From the IMG/VR virus record IMGVR_UViG_3300021326_000217, positions 1 through 64,000 of that record: a stretch of 64,000 nt of DNA; one strand, written 5' to 3'. The stretch comes from a virus. Taxonomy: Duplodnaviria > Caudoviricetes. Position numbers and translations under genes: made by a program. The notes under the pieces were generated by a model. That model was not told where the DNA came from. It searched no databases and saw nothing but the letters and a program-made list of their open reading frames with translations. Of the stretch, positions 1 to 9,212 are shown piece after piece (within the stretch, counting starts at the first letter, position 1; each line of letters starts with the position of its first letter).

Positions 1-987
1 CTAACTTATGTATTTTCTGTGAGCTAATTTTACATTGCTTTGTTTTACCATAGCATACTGCATGGTTGTATCAATTCTTTGATGTCCGAGAAGCCGTTGA
101 AGTTGCTCTATAGGCATTCCTTTATCGATAGCGGCTGTTGCGAGAGTGCGCCTGAATTTATGCGGATGTACCTTTGGTATATCAAGGCTTTTTCCTATAT
201 TTCGGAGCCTGACTTCTACGCCGCCGATTTTCAAACGTTTGTGTGGCGATTTAAGTGAAACAAACAGTGCCGAATTATCATCGTCTCTATTTGAAAGATA
301 ATTTTGCAAATGAATTTTCGTTCGAGCATCAAAATAAACTATACGCTCTTTATCGCCTTTACCAAAAACCACGCACTCACGCTCATCAAAGTTTATATCC
401 TCACGGTTAAGTAATACCATTTCACCCACACGCATACCCGTTGATGCGAGCATATCTATCATCGCCAAATCCCGAAGATTATCACAATTGTCACGCATTC
501 TTTCAAGATTCTCATCTGAATATGTTTCTTTTATAGTGACGGCGGCTTTAACCTTATGTATTCGTCTGACAGGGCTTTTTACTATATAATCCTCATCCTC
601 AAGCCAAGAGAAAAAACTTGATAAAATCCGTCGCATATTATCAATAGTAACTCTGCTTGACTGGTTTTCGTTTTGGTAGTCTGTCAGGTATGAACGGAGG
701 TCATCGGTTTCGATTTCAAGAATATGCTTATTAACTTTATTTAGCATTTTTTCTATCGTAGCCTGATAGTATCCCAAAGACCTATCAGAACAGCCCTCCA
801 CTCTTTTTGCGGCGACAAATAAAGAAGTCAATTCTTCATTCGGTTTACAAACAGGGGATTCATTGTTTTTATGTATCTCAACCCCATAGAAAGCATTGTT
901 CAATACTTTTTGAAGCTCCATCATTTGTGCATTGTTTAACACCGACAGCATTCCTTGTGTGATTTGATTAATTAGATTTTGTTTCAT
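1..987 (-). CDS. Tyrosine recombinase/integrase (XerA/XerD-like) associated with the type I RM locus
   Basis: ASTGMRVGE (catalytic R), HPHKFRR (HxxR), LLGH and TTMQY (catalytic Y) motifs; N-terminal SAM-like region; RBS-supported ATG at 987 (ORF track starts at 1026). Confidence 0.92.
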   Translation of the reverse strand: MKQNLINQITQGMLSVLNNAQMMELQKVLNNAFYGVEIHKNNESPVCKPNEELTSLFVAAKRVEGCSDRSLGYYQATIEKMLNKVNKHILEIETDDLRSYLTDYQNENQSSRVTIDNMRRILSSFFSWLEDEDYIVKSPVRRIHKVKAAVTIKETYSDENLERMRDNCDNLRDLAMIDMLASTGMRVGEMVLLNREDINFDERECVVFGKGDKERIVYFDARTKIHLQNYLSNRDDDNSALFVSLKSPHKRLKIGGVEVRLRNIGKSLDIPKVHPHKFRRTLATAAIDKGMPIEQLQRLLGHQRIDTTMQYAMVKQSNVKLAHRKYIS

Positions 988-1070
988 TGTCGTTTCTCCT
1001 TTTTTTGTTTCAGAGAACGACATCAACGGCAGTTCCTGTTTAACTCCTGCCGTTGATAGGAGTTTTTTGT

Positions 1071-1322
1071 TTATTTTTTATTCAAATAGTCTTTCGCACC
1101 CGAAAGAAATTCCGTGGCTTCTGATAAGCGTAAATCCCAATATTTCTGAAGCATGGCAATAATCATATCATCTTTGATTTTTGCTTCACACATTGCTAAT
1201 GTAGCTTTCTGAATAGATTCTATGGTTTCAAAACGAACTGCCTGTTCTTCATGCTCTGAAACTACATTTCTAACAGAGTTAACCAAAAAAGACGGTACCT
1301 CATACAAAAAATCTTTAAACAT
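1071..1322 (-). CDS. Hypothetical 83-aa helical protein
   Basis: ORF with AAGGAG RBS, co-oriented between hsdS and the integrase; no recognisable motif. Confidence 0.6.
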   Translation of the reverse strand: MFKDFLYEVPSFLVNSVRNVVSEHEEQAVRFETIESIQKATLAMCEAKIKDDMIIAMLQKYWDLRLSEATEFLSGAKDYLNKK

Positions 1323-1360
1323 TTTAGTTACTCTCCTTTGTTAAACGATAATTTAGCGGC

Positions 1361-2614
1361 TTAATCGGTAATTGTAGCCTGACCGTTCATAAGCATAGGT
1401 AAAAGCCATTCACGGAGAGCTACAAGAGCCTGATTTTCAGCAGGAATACCCGATGTTTTCACAAGCAAAGGTTGAATGGATTTATCAAATCTCGCAAATA
1501 CATCATTGTCATAGGGAAATTTATAGGACATACAATTATCAGGATCAATCCTTTTCCTACTTCCAGTTGATGAACTTGCATTTTGAGTTAAGTGCACAGA
1601 AAAAGCATCGCTGTTCAAAATTGAATATAAAGCATACACCCCTGTTTCCGTAGCTGTGATAGGCAAAAACTCGGTTGAGCATATAGAATTCTCTTTAGAC
1701 CGTATTATAAGCCAAATCCTTTTGAATTGGGGATTTAACTTTGAAACGAGAATACTATTATCAGGAACAGCGTACTTGTTGCTTGCAATGGCATTACCAT
1801 CTTCAATCTCTGGGCTGTGTGTATTATCAAAGGCAGGAATGCTGTAATGATTGTACGTTGTTCCTTCTTGTGGTATAACAGATTTCGCTTGTAATTTTGC
1901 TACATTTGTAAGTGTTTTGACCTTCCAACCTTTAGGAATTTCTCTTTGTAGGTCATCACACCACACCATAGCACCGCCTGATGATTGATAAGGATTCCCA
2001 TGCTCGTCAGGGAAGTCAAACTGTGTAAACCAGTAATCGTATATCAACTTGAGTTGGTGCTGTAAATTATCGTTTATCTTTTTGTTGTTTCGTATTTTCC
2101 TATTTATTGTGTCAATTAAATGTGCTATTTTCTTTTGTTCTGATAAATCAACAATCGGTATTTTCAAAGACCCAATCCCATCTGCTGTTAAAGTGTATCT
2201 TTGACCGCTTCCGCTCGCTTGATTATGAAAGTGCTTTCGAGCCATTGTTGTATGGAGATATGCATTGAGATAACCCCCGTCAACTATACTCTCAAATGGT
2301 TTGATTAATGCGCAGTGGTAACCGAGGATTGCACCTTCAATATCTTCAGCAATCAAACAAGAAATACCTATATCATCTCTTGTTTCACTATCTTTTGTCA
2401 TGGCTACATATCCTTTTTTGAGTGAAAAACGCTCTATTTCACTTTCCTTAGCTGTTGCAGACATAAACTCATCTTTGTCCTCGTTGCGAATATCATAATT
2501 ATAATAGACATCCGTAAAATTACAAAGGCTTACACGCATTTCATTTGAAACGCTTTTTTTATCCACTCCGCTAATATCAATAAATGCGATTTCCTTTAAC
2601 TGCTTATAATTCAT
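1361..2614 (-). CDS. hsdS: Type I RM specificity subunit
   Basis: Two TRD-like halves separated by the conserved helical spacer (IPIVDLSEQKKIAHLIDTINRKIRNNKKINDNL..LKLIYDYWF; IPKGWKV); overlaps the hsdM stop. Confidence 0.93.
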   Translation of the reverse strand: MNYKQLKEIAFIDISGVDKKSVSNEMRVSLCNFTDVYYNYDIRNEDKDEFMSATAKESEIERFSLKKGYVAMTKDSETRDDIGISCLIAEDIEGAILGYHCALIKPFESIVDGGYLNAYLHTTMARKHFHNQASGSGQRYTLTADGIGSLKIPIVDLSEQKKIAHLIDTINRKIRNNKKINDNLQHQLKLIYDYWFTQFDFPDEHGNPYQSSGGAMVWCDDLQREIPKGWKVKTLTNVAKLQAKSVIPQEGTTYNHYSIPAFDNTHSPEIEDGNAIASNKYAVPDNSILVSKLNPQFKRIWLIIRSKENSICSTEFLPITATETGVYALYSILNSDAFSVHLTQNASSSTGSRKRIDPDNCMSYKFPYDNDVFARFDKSIQPLLVKTSGIPAENQALVALREWLLPMLMNGQATITD

Positions 2615-4250
2615 ATTTCACCTTACCCAACTGTTTAATTATCTCGTCTTGCAGAACGTTACCTTCTTCAAAATATTTTTGAAGCTCTGATGTATATTCG
2701 GCTATTTGAGTGTTAAACTCATCCTGTGTTAATTCCACATAATCTATTTTCACATCAAAATACTGACCTGCCGCAAGGGAATAATTCTTTTCGATTATTT
2801 CATCGTATGTTACGGTGACTGAAAAATCATCGACTGCCTCTTTATTAAGAAATGTATTAACGATTTTATCTATTTCAAAATCACGTAATCTGCGCTTCTG
2901 ATTGTTACCATCTTTATACTCTTCACCCAATTTTGAGGCATCAATCAATACGACCTTATCTGTTGTTTTTGAATTGTCGAAAAAAAGCACCGATACATTT
3001 GTACCTGTTGTAGCAAATACATTTGACGGCATACTTACGTACCCGTAAACAATACGCTCGTCAACTATGTGTTTAAGAATTTTATTTTCAACACCACTCT
3101 TAGATGTAATAAACCCTGTGGGGATGACAATTGCGCCCTTTCCAGTGCTTTTTAGCGAGTTTATCACGTGCTGAATGAAACAGGTGTATATTGCCATGCT
3201 TTCTTTTTTCTTTGCGGGCACATTGGGAACACCTGCCCAAAACCGTGCTGGCATTGCGGCAATCTTCTCTCTTGTATCAGAAAAATCCATTTTGAACGGA
3301 GGATTTGAAACCACAAAATCAAATGTTCTCAAATTCTGCCCGTCATCACTTTTATGATACGGCGCAACAAGGGTATCACCTTGAATAGCATTATCCAACG
3401 ATGATATCAACCCATTCAAAATCAAATTGAGTTTTAGCATTTTATTACTGCGCTGTGAAATATCCTGCGAAAAAATAGTACATTTATCCTCGCCAATTTG
3501 ATGACTCAGAGCCATTAAAAGCGTCCCAGTTCCTGCAGAAGGGTCATAACACTCTATATTATGTAGGTCTTTTGCGTTTCCGACAAGGAGACGAGCCATA
3601 ATCGTTGCTATCGCGTGGGGAGTATAATATTCGGCATATTTGCCTCCACCTGCGGTGTTGTAATCCTTTATTAAATACTCAAAAATCGCCGCAAAAAAAT
3701 CATAATGCTGTGCAAATGCTTCCTCAAAAGAGAAATTAACAAGACGGTTTACCAATGCTCTTGCAAACGGTGCACGCTGTGCATCGTCTGTCACATAAGG
3801 CGTTAGTCTTTCAAACAAAGGTATTTTTGTATTCTGTGTGGTTTGCGTGGAAAAAATGTCCATATTTTTATCAGCTATGTCTGTCATTGTGCTGTCAAAA
3901 ATAAGGTCAAAATCGCCCTTTGCTTGCTGATTCCAGAGATTAGAAATTAAATGTTCAGGATACAACCGAGGTATATCGGGTGAAAGCTCATCAAGGATAT
4001 CAAGCCTTTCGTCCTCTGACATTTCCTGATAAACTAATTCCCATTTTTCCGCATCGGCAAGTTTCGGTTTGAGTTTCTTTATTTCATATCCGAACTTATC
4101 ATTTATAAATTTATACAAAAACACCTGAGTTATAATTTTATACTCATTTCCGTCATTTCCCATGCCATAGGTTTGACAGGTAGATTTCAATGCGTCAATT
4201 AAAGCCGTGGTTTTTTCTTTTATTGTTTGTGTATTTGTTTCGATAACCAT
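2604..4250 (-). CDS. hsdM: Type I RM m6A methyltransferase subunit
   Basis: EYYTP, motif I YDPSAGTGTLL, motif IV VSNPPF. Confidence 0.96.
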   Translation of the reverse strand: MVIETNTQTIKEKTTALIDALKSTCQTYGMGNDGNEYKIITQVFLYKFINDKFGYEIKKLKPKLADAEKWELVYQEMSEDERLDILDELSPDIPRLYPEHLISNLWNQQAKGDFDLIFDSTMTDIADKNMDIFSTQTTQNTKIPLFERLTPYVTDDAQRAPFARALVNRLVNFSFEEAFAQHYDFFAAIFEYLIKDYNTAGGGKYAEYYTPHAIATIMARLLVGNAKDLHNIECYDPSAGTGTLLMALSHQIGEDKCTIFSQDISQRSNKMLKLNLILNGLISSLDNAIQGDTLVAPYHKSDDGQNLRTFDFVVSNPPFKMDFSDTREKIAAMPARFWAGVPNVPAKKKESMAIYTCFIQHVINSLKSTGKGAIVIPTGFITSKSGVENKILKHIVDERIVYGYVSMPSNVFATTGTNVSVLFFDNSKTTDKVVLIDASKLGEEYKDGNNQKRRLRDFEIDKIVNTFLNKEAVDDFSVTVTYDEIIEKNYSLAAGQYFDVKIDYVELTQDEFNTQIAEYTSELQKYFEEGNVLQDEIIKQLGKVKYEL

Positions 4251-4264
4251 ACTATCCTCCTTAA

Positions 4265-7200
4265 TTATGCCGCAGGGTACACAGACCTATACTGGTCAAG
4301 ATACTGGCTCGCTATCCTGCTCTGTATAAATACTCGGTCTTGTCTCACACTTGATAGATTTAATCGGTTCATTGCCTGAGTGATTTGTTGCATAACGGTC
4401 TGTTCAAAAAATGCATCCTTCTTAAGTATGTCGTTTCGGTCGTACACTTTTTGGTCGATTTCCGCTTTTATTGTGAGCAGAGCATCCATTATTGTTTCGT
4501 CATACAATGAAACAATAGGCTCTTCGCCGATACCTTTGCGTCTTTCATTCTCTTCTCTTATACGCTTATGTACACGAGCAAATTTTGCATCGCCGTTATA
4601 CTTTCTCATAAGGGCATTATTGCGCTTCTGTAATTCAGCTAATTTTTTCAGCACCTCATCAAGAGCCTTGGAATGCTCCTCGAATTCAGCGATAGTATTA
4701 ACAACGAAACCATGCTCCTTAAATCTTTGCATAAACGCTTCCCTTAAAGTAATGAATTCAGGGTCATCTTGGTCGATATTGAGAGTAAACTGCTGTATTG
4801 TTTTTTCCCATTTCTCATTCAATTCAACGCCGCCCGATATGAGTTTTAACTCCTCTTCACCGATTTTACTGAAATTAAAGGTAATATCACGCATTGCCTC
4901 GTTAACAAGCTGTTTAGTGCCGTCCTCTTCCGAAAAGGCTTCTTTCTGATTTATGTTATTGATATGGTTTTGCACCTCAGAAATCATCTGTGTTATTTTA
5001 GGAAGCTCCAATGCCTTGAACGCCTCTTTCAACTCTTCACTTCCGAAGGTTCTTACTATGTTACAGCAATCCCGTGCAGATACCAGCGCTTTTTTCAATT
5101 CAAGTAACTGTTCCTTGTCCTCAATGGTTGAGATCTCGGAGCAGAATTCCTCTATGTTGTCTGTGCTGTAACTAAATAGTGTTTGGCGCACCTGCTTCAT
5201 CTGTTCAATTAACTCATCGGGGTCTTCCAACACTTGAGCAAAGGTATCCATAGCATAGTTTTCGCCCGTTTCCTCTGGGTCATTGAACCTATTTAACTCC
5301 TGTAAATATTCCTCATTAGTATCCTCAAAATTCTTTTTTATATCGGCAAAATCAATCACATATCCATATCTGTTTTCTTTATACGGACGATTGACTCTTG
5401 TAATTGCCTGAAGCAGATTATGGTCTTTTAATTTGCGTCCGAAATACAGTCTCTTGAGGCGAGGCGCATCAAAACCTGTAAGTAGCATATTAAACACGAT
5501 TAAAATATCAATAGTCATGTTCTTTTTGAAATCTTTGACTATTTGCTTTCGTGTTTCTTTATCATCACTATCGTGCAGAATTAAACCAGTCTTAAAATTG
5601 GTTTTATATGATGCGTTTTTGTTTAATTCCTGCTGAATTTCATCAAAATAAGCATACAGTTTCCTTGCCTGTTCGCTCGTTTCACATATAATCATGCCGC
5701 CAAGCGTGTTATCGCCGTGTATCTGACGAAACTCTTTCAGGTCGGTTATAATGTATCTGAGTAGCTCCTTGACATAGCTCTCGTGTTCGACTATACTGCT
5801 TTTCTTTACATCTTTCTTTTCTACAAGCGTTTCCAACCGCTCGTAAATCTCGGACAGCTTTTCTCTGTATGAGGTTTCGATATCTTCTCTTATTATTTTG
5901 AGGGTGTAGCCATCTTGTATGGATTTATCGTAGTAATATGTGTGAAAGTAATTTCCAAACACTTTCCACGATGCCCGTTCCTCTTTCAAAAGAGGTGTTC
6001 CTGTTAGTGCTATTTTGATGGAATTTTTGTCCGCATCAAAAAGGTTTGCAAGGAACGAGCCAGTAGGATTATATCCTCTATGCGCTTCATCAACAATAAA
6101 AATCCTTTGTAAATTGGTGGCGTAAGTAGGGATGTCAATTTTAGTTTTATCTTCAGCAAATCTCTGAATATTTACTACTGTTATTTCAGGCTTGCCGCTG
6201 TAACCCTCCTGTGCCTGATTGTTTCGGAATTGCTCCATAAGCTCTTGACGTGAATTTGCAGTCTTTACCTCAATTCCACGTGCTTCAAATTCCTGCGTGG
6301 CTTGTTCAAGTAAATCCAGCCTGTCCACGATAAAATAGAATTTTGCCACTTGTTTTCTTTCAGCATAGTAATCAGAAAGTACATTTGTCAGGTAATACGA
6401 CAGAGCCGTTTTTCCACTTCCTTGCGTGTGCCATACAACGCCCGATGTAGCACCTTTATTGAGCTTTTCCCTTATCGCAAGAGCCGCAAACATCTGTTGA
6501 TAGCGCATGATATGCTTTTGGTCGGTCGATTCGATTTTACCATCGACCTCACGCTCCATCTTAACATAAGCTATACCATACTTAAGAATAAACAAAAAAC
6601 GTTCAGGTGAACACATTGAAGTAAGCACCCTGTTTGTCGGAGTATTAATATCGCAGTTTGTTTGATATTCAGGAGTGTGATGTATAACCTGACAATTAAA
6701 ATCGGAGAGTATTCTTTTTTCTACATCAGCATCAAGATCTTTGTAAGCATAATCCTTATTAAAGGGTGCGATTTTTGCACCTGTGGGATTTTCCTCTCTA
6801 AAACAGTTAAAAGGTGCATTAGTACGTGCCGCCGTACAATAAAATACACCTTGAATAGGTACGATGCCGCCCATAGCATCATACTCCATATTATTAGAAA
6901 AAATCATTAATTGCGTTATGTTAATAAACCTGCGGAATTTTTTGTTAGGGAATCTACCTCTGTTCATCCGTTTGCTTTCAGCAACCATACCGCCATAATT
7001 ATTCGGCTTTTTGACTTCCACAAAAACAAGAGGCAAACCATTAACAAACAGCGTTATATCAGGACGAAATTCATCTTGATCACGTTTGCAGGTAAACTCT
7101 GCCGTAAAATGGAATTCATTATTTTCAGGATGAGCAAAATCAACCAGTTTTACAGGTGAAACCGTCTTCAGCCTCGTGTAAAAACTGCGTCCCAAATCAT

Positions 7201-7459
7201 CATTATCAAGTTCTTGAATAATATCGTGCAATACCTGTTCCGCTTCATCCTTATGGGAAGGATTAAGTTTCTTGAACTGTGATATAAATATTTCTCTCAG
7301 AATATTTGTGTCTTTATCATACACTTTGCCCGCCATATCCTCGGTGATTTTCCCGAAATACTTGTATCCCAATTTAATTAAATGCATAAGAGCAGGCATC
7401 TGCACACGAGTCATTTCGTTAAAATAGGTTTTGCCATTTTGTGTTTTCTTATTTTCCAT
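4265..7459 (-). CDS. hsdR: Type I RM restriction endonuclease/translocase subunit
   Basis: RPDITLFVNGLPLVFVEVK nuclease motif, Walker A WHTQGSGKT, DEAH box, LTGTP, MLLTGFDAP, QAITRVNR; ATG at 7459 with GAGAGG RBS. Confidence 0.96.
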   Translation of the reverse strand: MENKKTQNGKTYFNEMTRVQMPALMHLIKLGYKYFGKITEDMAGKVYDKDTNILREIFISQFKKLNPSHKDEAEQVLHDIIQELDNDDLGRSFYTRLKTVSPVKLVDFAHPENNEFHFTAEFTCKRDQDEFRPDITLFVNGLPLVFVEVKKPNNYGGMVAESKRMNRGRFPNKKFRRFINITQLMIFSNNMEYDAMGGIVPIQGVFYCTAARTNAPFNCFREENPTGAKIAPFNKDYAYKDLDADVEKRILSDFNCQVIHHTPEYQTNCDINTPTNRVLTSMCSPERFLFILKYGIAYVKMEREVDGKIESTDQKHIMRYQQMFAALAIREKLNKGATSGVVWHTQGSGKTALSYYLTNVLSDYYAERKQVAKFYFIVDRLDLLEQATQEFEARGIEVKTANSRQELMEQFRNNQAQEGYSGKPEITVVNIQRFAEDKTKIDIPTYATNLQRIFIVDEAHRGYNPTGSFLANLFDADKNSIKIALTGTPLLKEERASWKVFGNYFHTYYYDKSIQDGYTLKIIREDIETSYREKLSEIYERLETLVEKKDVKKSSIVEHESYVKELLRYIITDLKEFRQIHGDNTLGGMIICETSEQARKLYAYFDEIQQELNKNASYKTNFKTGLILHDSDDKETRKQIVKDFKKNMTIDILIVFNMLLTGFDAPRLKRLYFGRKLKDHNLLQAITRVNRPYKENRYGYVIDFADIKKNFEDTNEEYLQELNRFNDPEETGENYAMDTFAQVLEDPDELIEQMKQVRQTLFSYSTDNIEEFCSEISTIEDKEQLLELKKALVSARDCCNIVRTFGSEELKEAFKALELPKITQMISEVQNHINNINQKEAFSEEDGTKQLVNEAMRDITFNFSKIGEEELKLISGGVELNEKWEKTIQQFTLNIDQDDPEFITLREAFMQRFKEHGFVVNTIAEFEEHSKALDEVLKKLAELQKRNNALMRKYNGDAKFARVHKRIREENERRKGIGEEPIVSLYDETIMDALLTIKAEIDQKVYDRNDILKKDAFFEQTVMQQITQAMNRLNLSSVRQDRVFIQSRIASQYLDQYRSVYPAA

Positions 7460-7637
7460 AGCATTTTCCCTCTCAATAATCGTTTTACTAAACTCGGCAG
7501 GTTGCGGTTGCACAGGTTTTGTGACCTTTCAGTTCCCTTATTGCATAATAAATAATTATATCATAAATCGACCGATTTTTCAATCGTTAAATCAGACATT
7601 TACGCAAATTGAAAATTGTGCAAATTTATTTAATAAT

Positions 7638-7913
7638 TTACATCGCTCTCCGTTCCACAAACCATCTGCCGATGACATTTCCCGTAAGGTTTGTGCTTCG
7701 TTCAAAAAACAGATAGCTTTGTATCCCGTTTACAAATATCGTATAGCGGTCACCCTGTCCACCTGCTTTCATAGCGGCGGCTTGACAAATGTTCGTCACC
7801 TTGTCGATAGGGTATCTCGTGCCGTCCTCCCATACGAGTGATTTCGGTATCATGCGCCCGTTCTCATCAAAGGACGCATTGACCGCAACATAAACCTTTG
7901 CATCCATTTCCAT
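7638..7913 (-). CDS. Conserved 91-aa hypothetical of the type often found beside Clostridial Y-family polymerase genes
   Basis: VYVAV.A.FDE.G..IP....WEDG.RY.IDKV....AAA.KAGG.G.RYT pattern recalled from dinB-adjacent ORFs; last gene of the immR-immA operon. Confidence 0.6.
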   Translation of the reverse strand: MEMDAKVYVAVNASFDENGRMIPKSLVWEDGTRYPIDKVTNICQAAAMKAGGQGDRYTIFVNGIQSYLFFERSTNLTGNVIGRWFVERRAM

Positions 7914-7930
7914 TCTCTTTTCTGTATCTA

Positions 7931-8491
7931 TTAAAAATCTGTTCCTCCGTCAACCGCATTTTTTAACCAATTGCTCGTAGCAAGCAACGGCGGGTCAACC
8001 TTATATCCTTTCCATTTCATCGCTCTGAATTTAAATTCCAATATTTCAGGCGGTACATAAAGTTCTGCGGCGGCTTGAAAGAAAAACAAATCATCATTTA
8101 GTTTTTCGATAACCTCTTCATCGTCAAGCAAAAGCTCTGCGGCAAAGATGTTAGCTTCATACTCATAGGTAGAAGTAGAGTCAAACAACCCAAAATCGTG
8201 AAACGGTTTGACACCTGCTTGATTTTTGTGTAAAACCGCATGACCAAGCTCGTGCGAACAAATAATCCTCTGAAACTCGGAGGAAAGATCACTGTTTATT
8301 GCTATCGTCCGAACACGGCTATGAGTCACATAAAACCCTTTACAGCTTTCGGGATTTTTTCCCATAGGAGTTCTCAAAACCTTAATCCCCAAAAACTTAC
8401 AAAACAGAAATGGGTCAATTACATCATACATCTTTTTTAACTTTTCAGCGTCTTTGCAGATAGTACCATAACTGTTATACACAAAAATCAC
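7931..8491 (-). CDS. ImmA/IrrE-family Zn metallopeptidase (anti-repressor protease)
   Basis: HELGH (HExxH) motif and EYEANIFAAELLL; immediately downstream of the XRE repressor. Confidence 0.9.
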   Translation of the reverse strand: MIFVYNSYGTICKDAEKLKKMYDVIDPFLFCKFLGIKVLRTPMGKNPESCKGFYVTHSRVRTIAINSDLSSEFQRIICSHELGHAVLHKNQAGVKPFHDFGLFDSTSTYEYEANIFAAELLLDDEEVIEKLNDDLFFFQAAAELYVPPEILEFKFRAMKWKGYKVDPPLLATSNWLKNAVDGGTDF

Positions 8492-8549
8492 CTCGCTCCC
8501 TATAATACATTATAACTCACCATAGTGTCCGATAAACAGGACATCGGTT

Positions 8550-8999
8550 TTACTGCACTTTATTTTCTCTGTAATCCTTACGGGTGAATTTTGCCCTTGC
8601 TTCTTCCTTACAGGTGATATACGCCTTTGTGATAGCCTCGTAAAACATATCCTTTTCCTCAAGCGAAAGACCGCCACCTGCAAACAATGCTACATTTTCA
8701 GCAAGGAGTTCTTCCATGTCCTTTGCACCTTTTGCGCCGTAGCGTTCACGAGCTTCCTCAATATACCCATCTTTCTCTATATCCTCAAGCGGATTCTCGC
8801 AGTTTTCATCTGTAAGGAATTTAACTGACACATTAAGTGCCTTTGCCAACTTAAGCATCGTGCTTGGGCGGGGTGTTTTTTCGCCTTTTTCGTAGGCAAG
8901 AATGGAGCGGATTGATACACCGACCTTTTCTCCGAGTTGCCCCTGCGATAAACCTAACTCTGTCCTCGCGTCATACACTTTTTTAGCAAATGACAACAT
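8550..8999 (-). CDS. XRE-family HTH repressor (ImmR/CI-like)
   Basis: ARTELGLSQGQLGEKVGVS..SILAYEKGEKTP HTH; divergent from the early operon. Confidence 0.9.
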   Translation of the reverse strand: MLSFAKKVYDARTELGLSQGQLGEKVGVSIRSILAYEKGEKTPRPSTMLKLAKALNVSVKFLTDENCENPLEDIEKDGYIEEARERYGAKGAKDMEELLAENVALFAGGGLSLEEKDMFYEAITKAYITCKEEARAKFTRKDYRENKVQ

Positions 9000-9061
9000 A
9001 TTCGGTCATCTCCTTTTTTTGTGAATTTTTAGTGCAAGTTCAAAAAAGTTCTTAAAAACTA

Positions 9062-9090
9062 TTGACAAAAGTTCTATATAGTGCTATTAT
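9062..9090 (+). promoter_or_regulatory. SigA promoter for the early rightward operon
   Basis: TTGACA(9062-9067)-N17-TATTAT(9085-9090). Confidence 0.8.
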
Positions 9091-9121
9091 ATTTATGAAC
9101 TCACTTGAACTTTGCTTTTTT

Positions 9122-9150
9122 ATTATAACGCACGAATTTGAATTTGTCAA
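9122..9150 (-). promoter_or_regulatory. SigA promoter for the repressor operon
   Basis: Perfect TTGACA-N17-TATAAT on the minus strand (plus-strand TGTCAA 9145-9150, ATTATA 9122-9127). Confidence 0.8.
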
Positions 9151-9212
9151 TAGGAAAGTTCAAAAAAGTTCAAAATACTTCTATTCTTTTTGAAGGGAGG
9201 CACTGCAAGCGT

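Larger units (their letters stand above)
9036..9171. promoter_or_regulatory. Candidate repressor operators (GTTC-N6-GTTC direct repeats)
   Basis: AAGTTCAAAAAAGTTC at 9036-9051 and 9156-9171; inverted GAAC-N6-GAAC at 9097-9110; half site at 9069-9074. Confidence 0.6.

Noticed and set aside
1071-1322. Possible Rpn-type C-terminal antitoxin fragment
   Set aside because: Only a vague helical resemblance; no nuclease domain or other support in the window.
9036-9171. LexA/SOS box upstream of the Y-family polymerase
   Set aside because: The repeats are direct GTTC-N6-GTTC, matching neither the Bacillota GAAC-N4-GTTC nor the alphaproteobacterial N7 spacing.
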